From the NCBI GenBank assembly GCA_002269645.1, contig NIVC01000981.1, positions 329,592 to 393,591 on the forward strand: a DNA stretch of 64,000 nt, in the 5' to 3' direction. The position numbers were made by a program, and so were the translations under genes. Each line of letters starts with the position of its first letter. The first letter of the stretch is position 1. The stretch is from Macrostomum lignano. Lineage: Eukaryota. Below the pieces are notes generated by a model, which saw nothing but the letters and a program-made list of their open reading frames with translations, did not search any database and was not told where the DNA came from. Below, piece after piece: positions 26,955 to 39,830 of this stretch.

Positions 26955-28374
26955 CTGTTTAACAACAACTGTTTAGTATGTAGTTGCCATCTTGCCCTCG
27001 AATCGAGTGTTTTTTTGCTATCCACAGATATACTATAATAACTGGATTGGGTCAATGGCATAGAGCGGACTAGTGAAGTTTCTAGAAGAAACCAGTATTG
27101 CTTTTGTCAGCCAAGTTGAGAATTCGACCATTTGAGGGCAGTAGATTTGGTCTGGCCCATAGACATAGGCGGAATATAGGCAAGCGAATTGATAATTCTG
27201 AGCCTTACTGCATGGAATGAGAGAGAGAGGGGGAGAGACAGAGAGAGAGACAATCTTTGAGAGTGGTTTCTGCTCGCGTCTATCTTTCTGTTGATGTCTA
27301 TGGCCGAAACATCAACTTGCCTTGCCTTTTTCTGTCTATGGGCAAAACCAATGACCAATTCTCAACTTGGTTAGCTTACAATGATCATTTTATAAAGTGT
27401 TTTTCAGACTTGGTCATTGACTTTTTGCAAGTTTTTCAATAGTTTTTACTCCTGTCTAATAAAATAGCTTACACATTCCTTCCTGCTACTTAAGCTGAAA
27501 GTAGTGAAGATGTTTTTTTTATTAGAAAAAAAGAATTAGAGTTATTATAGTATCTTGCAGCTTTTGTTAGAAAGTCTGGATAGCAAAGTAGGATGGAGTT
27601 CAGAAAACCGGTTACAATTTATATATACTTAATCCATCAATTAATACCCCAGTTAGTTCAGCTCCCACTGCATTCAGGCCACTTTCCAGTCATCTCGACG
27701 TATTCTAAATCAATTCCGGTTGTTTATTTTTAAACATAAATTTTGTTCCACACTGAGAAAAATGGTAGCCTTTCTGTGATTTTTGTTCATTATTAATTTT
27801 TTAACTTAAAAAAATTGTACAATATTTATCTAGGATTATTAATTAATACTGCCTATAAGCATCTTAAACAGCTTCAACCGCCGCTTAAGTTTCCTATCCT
27901 ATTTTAGTATATATATAATACTCAAAAGAGCTTTCTATCTCTCTGTGTGCTAATCTTTGTTTGTCTGTCTGTCCACAGGAACACGCGGCCTTCTAAATGC
28001 ACGATTGCACAACCAACTGATGTACATTGATTTCTATAATTGTTTATTTATTGCAATTCCCTTGTATTGACTTGTTCTTGTTAACATTTTTTCGTCTTGT
28101 ACAAATATGTTGCGTAAATTCAAGCACCGTCCTTATTCACCCGCTGCGCACGCGCTTAATCTACAAATAAAAGTACTCAAATATGATGGCAGAAGCTTCT
28201 GCTTTTTGACAACTAAACAAAATTTATTATTCAATTACTGTGCCATAACTTTAGCTGGACTAAAAAGTCAGTAGTAGAAGTAGTATCAGTCGAATATGTG
28301 CAACTTAAAATAGTTTAAAATATAAATTCACCAACTGTTAATTATTGTTACAGTTTAGCAACTTCGTTGATAAT

Positions 28375-28375
28375 T

Positions 28376-28467
<92 letters not shown>

Positions 28468-28469
28468 CT

Positions 28470-28506
<37 letters not shown>

Positions 28507-28543
28507 GTGTCTGTCTGTCTGTCTGTGTGTCTGTCTGTCTGTG

Positions 28544-28574
<31 letters not shown>

Positions 28575-28623
28575 CTGTCTGTGTGTCTGTCTGTCTGTCT
28601 GTCTGTCTGTCTTTCTGTGTGCG

Positions 28624-28676
<53 letters not shown>

Positions 28677-28687
28677 TTCTGTGTGTG

Positions 28688-28719
<32 letters not shown>

Positions 28720-28721
28720 CT

Positions 28722-28762
<41 letters not shown>

Positions 28763-28799
28763 GTGTCTGTCTGTCTGTCTGTGTGTCTGTCTGTCTGTG

Positions 28800-28830
<31 letters not shown>

Positions 28831-28895
28831 CTGTCTGTGTGTCTGTCTGTCTGTCTGTCTGTCTTTCTGTCTGTGTGTCTGTCTGTCTGTCTGTG

Positions 28896-28930
<35 letters not shown>

Positions 28931-28931
28931 G

Positions 28932-28998
<67 letters not shown>

Positions 28999-29019
28999 GT
29001 GTCTGTCTGTCTGTCTGTG

Positions 29020-29066
<47 letters not shown>

Positions 29067-29075
29067 GTGTCTGTG

Positions 29076-29172
<97 letters not shown>

Positions 29173-29191
29173 GTCTGTCTGTCCGTCTGTA

Positions 29192-29240
<49 letters not shown>

Positions 29241-29251
29241 TTCTGTGTGCG

Positions 29252-29304
<53 letters not shown>

Positions 29305-29315
29305 TTCTGTGTGTG

Positions 29316-29375
<60 letters not shown>
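28375..29375. repeat. (TCTG)n microsatellite, about 1 kb
   Basis: Direct reading. Confidence 0.98.
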
Positions 29376-30199
29376 CAGCTTATCAGTGCGCTTGTTATAT
29401 ATTTTAAAGGCTTTACGAAAAGCGTAATAAAAAGCAATCGAATAGATTCCCTTGAACTAAAACAGTAAAATACAAACATTCCTTTTAGTTTTAGTAACTT
29501 CTATTCACTTTCCATCTCAATTGACAATAGAAGACCATTCCACAAAGCAGCAGTTCTAATATAATACTTACAGTAGTTGTAAAGCAATTGATATCAATTC
29601 ATTCAAAAACGGATATACGATCTTAGGTATCTCTATCAAGCAAATTTCTATTTTACCCTAATTTTTTGCATTGTAGATACTACAAATAAATAAATAATGC
29701 AAATTATACCCTTGGTCCAATCTGCTTTCCAATCTCTTGCCAAATTATTTTGTCTTTTTTTACAACTGTATTCAAAGCAGCTGGTTCTGTCTTTAACTTT
29801 CAATGCATCCCCGCTCAATGCAGAGTTTGATCTCCTGCGCCAAATAAATTTTGACTTAATCATCATGGCTTTACCTATGCTGCTGCTGTAACATTTTCTC
29901 TTCTGCTGCAGGTTTTTGCGAGTATTTGTTTTAATTGATTGCTGCAAATTTTTCGTTTAAATTTGAAAATTGAATATCTGGCATTTTTTCTGTTCAAATG
30001 TGTAATAAACTTATATAGATTAGCGTTGTGTTTTTTATAGTAAAATATATGCTCACGGTTTGCTACTATTTGTCAGTTTTTTTAAATAACACTGCCGACT
30101 TGATTTTCTTTTTATAGTCGATCTGACTGATTGCGGTACAGCAGTTGATGTGCCATGCCTGTCATGCCTGATTTTGTGACCAAAATTCGGCTAAGTTCC

Positions 30200-31150
30200 C
30201 GGGGCGCCAACCAAGAGACAGGGGCGCCAACCAAGAGACAGGGGCGCCAACCAAGAGACAGGGGCGCCAACCAAGAGACAGGGGCGCCAACCAAGAGACA
30301 GGGGCGCCAACCAAGAGACAGGGGCGCCAACCAAGAGACGGGCGCCAACCAAGAAACCGGGGCGCCAACCAAAAGACAGGGGCGCCAACTAAGAGACAGG
30401 GGCGCCAACTAAGAGACAGGGGCGCTAACTAAGAGACAGGGGCGCCAACCAAGAGACCGGGGCGCCAACCAAGAGACAGGGGCGCCAACCAAGAGACAGG
30501 GGCGCCAACTAAGAGACAGGGGCGCCAACTAAGAGACAGGGGCGCCAACCAAGAGACAGGGGCGCCAACTAAGAGACAGGGGCGCCAACCAAGAGACAGG
30601 GGCGCCAACCAAGAGACAGGGGCGCCAACTAAGAGACAGGGGCGCCAACTAAGAGAAAGGGGCGCCAACCAAGAGACCGGGGCGCCAACCAAGAGACAGG
30701 GGCGCCAACCAAGAGACAGGGGCGCCAACCAAGAGACAGGGGCGCCAACCAAGAAACCGGGGCGCCAACCAAAAGACAGGGGCGCCAACTAAGAGACAGG
30801 GGCGCCAACTAAGAGAAAGGGGCGCCAACCAAGAGACAGGGGCGCCAACCAAGAGACAGGGGCGCCAACCAAGAGACAGGGGCGCCAACCAAGAAACCGG
30901 GGCGCCAACCAAAAGACAGGGGCGCCAACTAAGAGACCGGGGCGCCAACTAAGAGACAGGGGCGCCAACTAAGAGACAGGGGCGCCAACTAAGAGAAAGG
31001 GGCGCCAACTAAGAGACAGGGGCGCCAACCAAGAGACAGGGGCGCCAACCAAGAGACAGGGGCGCCAACCAAGAGACAGGAGCGCCAACCAAGAGACAGG
31101 AGCGCCAACCAAGAGACGGGCACCAACCAAGCGACAAGGGCACCGTCCAA
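30200..31150. repeat. 20-bp minisatellite (GGGGCGCCAACCAAGAGACA)
   Basis: Direct tandem units. Confidence 0.97.
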
Positions 31151-31576
31151 GAGACCAACTGTTGGCGCCCCTTAGAATTGCGACTGCCTTGTATTAAAAG
31201 TCCTGCACACTCTACTCATGCAGTCACACGCTTACACGGATGTACAGCAGCTGTGACTTTCAAATCGTCAGGCATTACAAGTGTACAATACAGTGGTTTC
31301 GGTAGATTGCTGAGCTGCCAAAGTCTGTCTGCAGATATTGCGAACTTTAAATTTTTGTCAGAAAGGATAATAGTTTTTCTAGTTCAGACATTTTGATCTC
31401 TACAAAAATAACGCTGGGGCAGTGACTATATAAGGCTTTTTAATTCCTTCAGTCCTTTGTTGTCTCCCTGCTGAGAGGCCAAGATTGCTGGTACGGTTTT
31501 AAAAAGCTTTTTATGGTTTTTAAGATGTAAAAATTAATAATAATTTGTTACACCTGCTCCAATTGGCACAGATGTG

Positions 31577-31632
31577 CAACCCTCAATTAACCCAGCTAAT
31601 GCTGACACCCGTTTTACAGTTGGGTGAACTGA
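31577..31632 (-). mobile_element. Internal fragment of the SINE family seen at 47885 and 58126
   Basis: Reverse complement TCAGTTCACCCAACTGTAAAACGGGTGTCAGCATTAGCTGGGTTAATTGAGGG matches 58245-58296. Confidence 0.75.
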
Positions 31633-31681
31633 GAAGTCTCCTATTAACTGCAGAGAGCCTGATCGTTAATTAAATTTGCAG

Positions 31682-32236
31682 TCGAACCAATCAGACCGTC
31701 GATCGTCAGTGCCGTCAGGCGTCACTCCGACCACCCTAGTGGCCGAATTTCTCGAAGTATTTCTTCATCAAGCGCTTCGTCTGTCGGGCGCTTATCCACC
31801 TGGCTGTTTCTCTCGACGAGTGGTGTACGATTCGTCCGCCCCGGTGTTCCGCTGCGCTGACGTTCAAGTTTCTAATTACGTTGGCGAACTGGCCTTGGCG
31901 TACGAGGCAGATGCTCGTCACGTTGACGCGATAGATTTATTTTTAGGCAGACGGCGCCGTTTGAGACTGCGACTGCGGCCGCGTTCTAGCGATGCCTTCA
32001 CTCTGGATGTCACTCGTCTGGTTGATTGGCCCCTAGCTGAGCTGCAGTCGGCGTTCTGTCGCCTGTTGTTAGCGTTGAGCGTCTTGCCGATTCCACCGGA
32101 CGCAGCCGAGGGCAGCAATTGGAGCGTGGAATTCGTTGAAGGCGGCTGCTACGAGGAAGGCGACGGATTCCATTTGGCTTGCTCGGTGGCTACAGAGTTC
32201 TATGCGATCGATCTGATGGTTCAGCTGTTTTCTTAG
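31682..32236 (+). CDS. MAD2L2: HORMA-domain protein, REV7/MAD2L2-like (exon lacking its own ATG)
   Basis: LVAEFLEVFLHQALRLSGAYPPGCFSRRVVY..PVFRC.D.QVSNYV matches the REV7 N-terminal pattern (EFLEVA.H.ILY.R..YP..IF..R.KY..PV); LAELQSAFCRLLLALSVL..WSVEF matches the downstream helix and strand. Acceptor tttgcag ending at 31681, phase 0; the ORF-track start is TTG. Confidence 0.72.
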   Translation, partial: SNQSDRRSSVPSGVTPTTLVAEFLEVFLHQALRLSGAYPPGCFSRRVVYDSSAPVFRCADVQVSNYVGELALAYEADARHVDAIDLFLGRRRRLRLRLRPRSSDAFTLDVTRLVDWPLAELQSAFCRLLLALSVLPIPPDAAEGSNWSVEFVEGGCYEEGDGFHLACSVATEFYAIDLMVQLFS

Positions 32237-32379
32237 GGCATTTGGCGAGTTTTTCTAGGGGTGACTTGGTCTTCCGTAACGCGACACTATTGATCCATGT
32301 CTTGAGCCATTGGACATTGACTGGCTAACTTTTTTAGCGTTGCTATGTTAAGTTGTCGGCGTTGAGGGGTTGGTCTAGC

Positions 32380-34150
32380 TATAACGTGTGTACATTGAGG
32401 GGTTGGGCTCGCTATAACGAGTGTACATTGAGCGGTTTGGCTAGGTAGAGCGTGTATACATTGAGGGTTGGGCTAAACATGTGTACATTGAGAGGTTGGG
32501 TAAGAGCGTGCGTACATTGAGAGGTTGGGCTAGGTAGAGCGTGTATACTTTGAGGGGTTGGGCTAAAGCATGTGTACATTGAGAGGTTGGGCTAGAGCGT
32601 GTGTACATTAAGGGGTTGGGCTAGAGCATGTGTACATTGAGAGGTTGGGTAAAAGCGTGCGTACATTGAGAGGTTGGGCTAGGTAGAGCGTGTATACTTT
32701 GAGGGGTTGGGCTAAAGCATGTGTACATTGAGGGGTTGGGCTAGAGCGTGTGTACATTGAGGGGTTGGGCTAGAGCGTGTGTACATTGAGGGGTTGGGCT
32801 AGAGCGTGTGTACATTGAGGGGTTGGGCTAGAGCGTGTGTACATTGAGGGGTTGGGCTAGAGCGTGTGTACATTGAGGGGTTTGGCTAGAGCGTGTGTAC
32901 ATTGAGGGGTTGGGCTAGAGCGTGTGTACATTGAGGGGTTGGGCTAGAGCGTATGTACATTGAGAGGTTGGGCTAGAGCGTGTGTACATTGAGGGGTTGG
33001 GCTAGAGCGTGTGTACATTGAGGGGTTGGGCTAGAGCGTATGTACATTGAGAGGTTGGGCTAGAGCGTGTGTACATTGAGGGGTTGGGCTAGAGCGTGTG
33101 TACATTGAGGGGTTGGGCTAGAGCGTGTGTACATTGAGGGGTTGGGCTAGAGCGTATGTACATTGAGAGGTTGGGCTAGAGCGTGTGTACATTGAGGGGT
33201 TGGGCTAGAGCGTGTGTACATTGAGAGGTTGGGCTAGAGCGTGTGTACATTGAGGGGTTGGGCTAGAGCGTGTGTACATTGAGGGGTTGGGCTAGAGCGT
33301 GTGTACATTGAGGGGTTGGGCTAGAGCGTGTGTACATTGAGGGGTTGGGCTAGAGCGTGTGTACATTGAGGGGTTGGGCTAGAGCGTATGTACATTGAGA
33401 GGTTGGGCTAGAGCGTGTGTACATTGAGGGGTTGGGCTAGAGCGTGTGTACATTGAGGGGTTGGGCTAGAGCGTATGTACATTGAGAGGTTGGGCTAGAG
33501 CGTGTGTACATTGAGGGGTTGGGCTAGAGCGTGTGTACATTGAGGGGTTGGGCTAAAGCATGTGTACATTGAGGGGTTGGGCTAGAGCGTGTGTACATTG
33601 AGGGGTTGGGCTAGAGCGTGTGTACATTGAGGGGTTGGGCTAGAGCGTGTGTACATTGAGGGGTTGGGCTAGAGCGTATATACGTTGAGAGGTTGGGCTA
33701 GAGCGTGTGTACATTGAGGGGTTGGGCTAGAGCGTGTGTACATTGAGGGGTTGGGCTAGAGCGTGTGTACATTGAGGGGTTGGGCTAGAGCGTGTGTACA
33801 TTGAGGGGTTGGGCTAGAGCGTGTGTACATTGAGGGGTTGGGCTAGAGCGTGTGTACATTGAGGGGTTGGGCTAGAGCGTGTGTACATTGAGGGGTTGGG
33901 CTAGGTAGAGCGTGTGTACTTTGAGGGGTTGGGCTAAAGCATGTGTACATTGAGGGGTTGGGCTAGAGCGTGTGTACATTGAGGGGTTGGGCTAGAGCGT
34001 GTGTACATTGAGGGGTTGGGCTAGAGCGTATGTACATTGAGAGGTTGGGCTAGAGCGTGTGTACATTGAGGGGTTGGGCTAGAGCGTGTGTACATTGAGG
34101 GGTTGGGCTAGAGCGTGTCTACATGGAGGGTTCGAGCTAAAGCATGTGTA
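32380..34150. repeat. 29-bp minisatellite (GTGTGTACATTGAGGGGTTGGGCTAGAGC)
   Basis: Direct tandem units. Confidence 0.97.
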
Positions 34151-34744
34151 CATTGCATCTTAGCTTTGGACTTCATTTTTTGCTACAAAGTCTAGAAACG
34201 AAGGCAATCTTTAGTTTTGTGTTCCAGTCTGTCTATTTTTAAACAGTTTATTTGTATGCATTTCAACTTGTTCTTTTCAGTAGCTAAGCATTTTTCTCCA
34301 GTTCTTCCTGTTTTGTTAATTATTAAAAATATACCGATTGTCGAGTTTCTGTTCAGTTGCATTAAAGTTTGTGGTTATACTACGAGTAGTTTGAAAATTT
34401 TGGTGCGTGGATTTTTGCTTGCTTTTTTAACGCCAGTAAAATTATTCCAGCTAGAGTTGCAGTGCTAGGTTGGGAAGTAAATGTCTGTTAGTTAATTAAA
34501 GAAAAAATAGTTTAGAAATATCCTGAACTGGCTACTGTTAGTAGCAGTGTTTGCAGAGAAGCTACGGTTGCTGCAATACTGAGCACCACCAACCAGAGCG
34601 TGCTGGACGAATTTAGCAAACTGGCCGAGCTGTTGTAGTCTACGCAGTAGGGGCACTGGAACGAGCCGCAAACTCTGCAGAGGTCGTTGGCCTGCAATGA
34701 CCTTGTGCTGTAAAGTGTGTAGTTTCCATTGTCTTCAGAGAATA

Positions 34745-35125
34745 CCACTGAATTCTACAGTTTGGTCAGGAGGGAATGCCACTGAATTCTCCAGTTTGGT
34801 CAGGAGGGAATGCCACTGAATTCTACAGTTTGGTCAGGAGGGAATGCCACTGAATTGTCCAGTTTGGTCAGGAGGGAATGCCACTGAATTCTCCAGTTTG
34901 GTCAGGAGGGAATGCCACTGAATTGTCCAGTTTGGTCAGGAGGGAATGCCACTGAATTCTCCAGTTTGGTCAGGAGGGAATGCCACTGAATTCTCCAGTT
35001 TAGCCAGGAGGGAATGCCACTGAATTCTCCAGTTTAGCCAGGAGGGAATGCCACTGAATTCTCCAGTTTGGTCAGGAGGGAATGCCACTGAATTCTACAG
35101 TTTGGTCAGGAGGGAATGCTACTGA
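34745..35125. repeat. 34-bp minisatellite in last intron of Mcr copy A
   Basis: CCACTGAATTCTCCAGTTTGGTCAGGAGGGAATG tandem units. Confidence 0.93.
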
Positions 35126-35986
35126 ATTTGCTAAGAGGCCCACGATATGAGCCACAATTCTCTCTCCTTACTGACCAGTCTCAAAGTACTCGTAGATCTG
35201 GCAGCTCTGCTCGATGCTTGTGTTTGCCACTGGGTGCCATCGGGGCATGCGGATGGTCAGACAAGTCGACTGACGGGATGAAATCTGCAGAGCCATTATT
35301 TTTTATTGGTTGGTGTCGCTCACCGAGGGGGCGAATTATAATTTATTATTTTATCACATCGGTTCTCACATTAGTAAAGAAGGCCTTAACAGCGACCCCG
35401 TCATTCCACAGGTGCCTGAGGTTGGGCACGGTTGGCCTCAACGCTAGCAGGAAATTTCTCAGGCCGTAGTTGCTCGAATGGTAGCCAGTGGGAAAGGTGA
35501 AGGACAGCAGACCCATGCCGCTAGTCTCGGAGCGTTCTGTCCAAGTCCATCTGGGAAATGACGTTTGAATCAGGTCATGTTGTTCATCTTGAATGATGCT
35601 AAATTGCTAAGATGTTCCTGTTGAGATCGCGCTGGGCCAGATCCCGCAGCGCTCTGACTGCAAACGCTGTGTCCTGAGTCGACACCCAGCCGTTTGCCGA
35701 ATTTTTGGTCTCGGCTATGAAGTTTACGATTTTAGTAACGTTATGCTGCAGGCTTGCGCTCATGCTCTCTGCCGCATTGGTTGGTTTGGACTTCAACAAG
35801 GCGAGCAGAGCGAATGACGAGGCTTGAACCGCGTAAGCGTCGTTTGCGCCTTCGATGCGAGCTCTGCGATGGAATGATTTTAATGCATCTGTAAAACTCC
35901 CGTGCGCTGGAAACATTGCTGATCTTTTGTGTGAACTTTTTTCTTGTTGGCTTGTGGTCCAGAACAGATTTTTTAGTCCCAGATCT

Positions 35987-36297
35987 TCAGTTGCTGGGCC
36001 AGCCTCCCAGATCCTCAGTTGCTGGGCCACCAGCCTCCCAGATCCTCAGTTGCTGGGCCACCAGCCTCCCAGATCCTCAGTTGCTGGGCCACCAGCCTCC
36101 CAGATCCTCAGTTGCTGGGCCACCAGCCTCCCAGATCCTCAGTTGCTGGGCCACCAGCCTCCCAGATCCTCAGTTGTTGGGCCACCAGCCTCCCAGATCC
36201 TCAGTTGCTGGGCCACCAGCCTCCCAGATCCTCAGTTGTTGGGCCACCAGCCTCCCAGATCCTCAGTTGCTGGGCCACCAGCCTCCCAGATCCTCAA
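35987..36297. repeat. 31-bp minisatellite (CAGTTGCTGGGCCACCAGCCTCCCAGATCCT)
   Basis: Tandem units; 31-aa period per three units in ORF track. Confidence 0.95.
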
Positions 36298-36484
36298 TCC
36301 GAACTCCCATCAGATACCCAGCAATGCATTTGCTGCTCAGCAGCGAGCTCCCCAAACCTGATCAGAGTTCTCCCAGCGGAGTCGGTCTCCCTGGCAGCCG
36401 GTCGCACCCTCTCCGCAGCCCAGTACAGGTAATTATCAGTCCTGGCCGTCCTCTGCAACAAGTCTCTGGCCGCGAATTTCTCGC

Positions 36485-36760
36485 TACCCGATGGGGATCT
36501 TGATGGGATATGGGGATCTACTAGATAAATATTTAGACGAGTAGTTAGATGGGGATCTAGATGAGAAACTGGATGGGAATCTGGATGAGAATCTGGATGA
36601 GGATCTAGACAAGGATTATCGATGGAGATCTACATGTAGATGATTATCTAGATGGGACCTTGATGGGATCTAGATTTGGAGCTGGATGGGGATTAAGATG
36701 TGATCTAGATGGGACTGAGAGGATTGAGAGGATTTAGATGAAGATCTAAAGCGAGATGAA
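36485..36760. repeat. Degenerate GATGGGATCTAG-like repeat occupying the place of the missing TED segment
   Basis: Direct reading. Confidence 0.7.
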
Positions 36761-37249
36761 GGTCAGGATTGAGGATGTCTTACCGCCACATCAATAGTCA
36801 CTGTCGAGCTGGCGTCCTCTGCAACCAGGGAGAGCGGCTCAGCGCCAGAGAGTGTGAGTGCGGTGAGCACTCCGCCCAAGAAGGCGAACGAACAAAAAGT
36901 GACGAGATTCAGGTCGAGCTTCTTTGGCAGCACGGGAAATTAAACCATCTTGGTGCTGCCGGCGGGAAGGTATACCATCGTGTGAGCGCTGTGATTGGCC
37001 AGCGATCTTACGGAGTAGCTGCCTTGCCGACTCAACGCGTCGACTTGGATGAATTCGACTTCGGAGCTTTTCTTCATTTCGACCAGAATCTGTTTTCGAG
37101 TGACATCGTGAGAAGCTCTTGAAGCATTGGGTCAGCCATGATGAAGAGCGACTGCATTTTTGTTATTTGGCTGGCCATACGCTCGTAGTTAAACGGGAAA
37201 ACGGAGAAACTGGAAGAGAGGATAGAGAAATGAGTAGATAGTAGTAGAG

Positions 37250-37820
37250 AAAGAGGGGGAGAAGAGAAAAGAGAGTAGATGAGCGAAGGAGGGGAGAAGA
37301 AAGTAGGAGAGAGAGAAAAGAGGAGATGAGGAGAGGAGATGAGGAGAGGAGAGGAGATGAGGAGAGGAGAGGCGATGAGGAGAGGAGAGGAGATGAGGAG
37401 AGGAGAAGAGATGAGGAGAGGAGAGGAGATTAGGAGAGGAGAGGAGATGAGGAGAGGAGAGGAGATGAGGAGAGGAGAGGAGATGAGGAGATGAGAGGAT
37501 ATGAGGAGATGAGAGGAGATGAGGAGAGGAGAGGAGATGAGGAGAGGAGATGAGGAGAGGAGATGAGGACAGGAGAGGAGAGGAGAGAAGAGGAGAGGAG
37601 ATGAGATGAGATGAGGAGAGGAGATGAGGAGAGGAGATGAGGAGAGGAGATAAGGAGAGGAGATGAGGAGAGGAGATAAGGAGAGGAGATGAGGAGAGGA
37701 GATGAGGAGAGGAGAGGAGATGAGGACAGGAGAGGAGAGGAGAGGAGAGGAGAGGAGAGGAGAGGAGAGGAGAGGAGAGGAGGAGAGGAGATGAGGAGAG
37801 GAGAGGAGAGGAGAGAAAGT
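37250..37820. repeat. (GAGGA)n / GAGGAGAT purine-rich repeat
   Basis: Direct reading. Confidence 0.93.
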
Positions 37821-38164
37821 AGAGGAGACAAAAGAAAACGGGTAGAAGTGAGTACATCAGTGGGATCTCAATGCGATACTGCCAGCGGTCCCTACCTCAG
37901 CCCAGTAGTCGCCTCTGTTGAACAGGGCCACCCTGACGCCCGCGTACTCGCCACGGACCAGCCGCCTTGGCGCCTCCAACACCATGTAGAACCTTCGGCT
38001 GGGAGTGAACCGAATCGGCGACGTCTGCACTCGAATCCCACCGATTGGATCGATCTGAATCGCCCCGACAACCCAAGTGGTTTCTTGCTTAGGGATACCG
38101 GCTCGCTTGATTGGCGCTGTGCCGTCTGGGCTGGGGAAGTGGAGGAAAAATAATCAAGATCACA

Positions 38165-38265
38165 CACCTGTTAGACAGTGTCACACCCTGTTAGATAGTG
38201 TCACACCCTGTTAGATAGTGTCACACCCTGTTAGACAGTGTCACACCCTGTTAGACAGTGTCACA
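38165..38265. repeat. 20-bp minisatellite (ACACCCTGTTAGACAGTGTC)
   Basis: About five units. Confidence 0.85.
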
Positions 38266-38649
38266 CACCAGCTGCTAGATCACCCTAACCACACACCGAA
38301 CATAGAGTTCCTGCCACAGCCAGTTATCGTCGAACACACAATGTCGCATGACCGGTTCGATTCTCGGAGTGACTTGTCCAGGAAGCGGTTTTTCCTTCTC
38401 GGACAGAACTGACTCGCAGTTGAGTTCGTCCACCCCGGTCTCGCAGTCGATGTTACCGTCGCACCGGTGCCGATGCCCGTAGCACCTGTCTGGAGTTGAG
38501 TAGCACGGGAACGCTCTGTCGGGATTGAGCGTCTCGTTGCACGAGTCTGCAGGAGGGCAAACACAGGTGCGAATCTTAGTGCAATGCTGTGTGCATTTCC
38601 CACTACTGCGCAAGATACGAGCGTAGTTATGTGGGTAAGTCTCTCACAG

Positions 38650-38825
38650 CTAACAGGTTAATATCCTGGAACTAACAGGTGAATGTCTCATGACTAACAG
38701 GTAACTCTACCATGGCGAACAGGTAAATGTCCCATGGCGAACAGGCAAATCTCCTATGGTTAACAGGTAAATCTCCAATAATTGACAGGTAAATCTCCCA
38801 TAACTAACAGGTAATTAACAGGTAA
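38650..38825. repeat. Degenerate about 21-bp repeat (AACAGGTAAATCTCC...)
   Basis: Direct reading. Confidence 0.75.
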
Positions 38826-39449
38826 ACTTCTTTCTATCAGGAAACTCACGCCAAAATGTGACAGCCCTATAATTGGCATCCGTGAACAGTAGCAGTCCAG
38901 AAAAGTTCATCGTTTTATTCGCGTCGGGACCCGCCGTGGCGGTGGCGAAGTGCACAGCGCTGGCCTGGTCGGCTCGGTCGTCCTCGAACCAACGATAGGA
39001 CACCGGCTGCTCCGAATGCGCATCGGAGGAGCGGAGCTCGTCTATCAGCTGTTGGAGTTCGGTATGCATCAGATCAAAGAGCTGAACTCATTATGCTCAA
39101 TAGTGAACTTTTTACTGAAAAGCACTGAGTTGTGGACTCCGCATCTCGTGTCCCTTCGTACATGTAGCATGTAGCAACGAAAGCGTATCGAGATGGCGCT
39201 CGATTCAATCACAAAACACGAAAGCTCCAGTGCATAAGTCTGGATAAGTTTTCAGGTTTCATAGTCTATTATCGATGTTTATACCTTCTATATCGAGGTT
39301 GCTATTGCTGTACTGTTCTATCTTGTCAGTATATGAAATTATTTGTCAGTTTGAGCAACTTGCCCGTGCATATATCATTTTTCTCACGTCGCGGAGATTA
39401 CCAAACTAAAAAACTAGAAAACTCTCACCACTCGGATCAACCTGTGGGT

Positions 39450-39830
39450 GGCTTCTTAAAGCAGAGGGAGGGGTGGTCTTACACCCCCGACTGCCGGAAA
39501 TCCCGCGCGGCTGTCCCCAGTCCTTCCCCTGCCCTCCGTAAGGCCCTGCTTGGACTCAACCTCAGGGACATCAGGGCGGTGACCATGGCCCTCTCGGGAC
39601 ATGGGCTGTTTTGCCAGGCATCGTCGCCTACAGGTAAAAGTCCGTAGCGAGGAATGCGCATTCTTCCCCTCGGAGCACTTCATTTGTGAATGCCCCGCCT
39701 TTACTCAGGACATGATCAACTACCTCGGCCCAAACCCGGACCTCTGACGTTTTTAGGCCTCGAGAATCTCTACCAGCTTGTCCGCTACCTGGTCTACCGG
39801 GCGAGCGACCATCCTCCTCCTGGACTTTCC
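39450..39830 (+). mobile_element. 5'-truncated, decayed LINE 3' fragment (I/R1/LOA-type C-terminal zinc knuckle) in an Mcr copy A intron
   Basis: [20 protein letters not shown] then, after a frameshift, FARH...C....EHFICECPAF...NYLG, the typical post-RNase H C-terminus of I-group LINEs. Confidence 0.65.

Noticed and set aside
28345-29479. ORFs of about 350 aa (SVCL/TDRQ)
   Set aside because: Translations of (TCTG)n.
30200-34150. Regular 20-bp and 29-bp arrays as CRISPR
   Set aside because: Units are head-to-tail with no unique spacers, there are no cas genes, and the context is eukaryotic.
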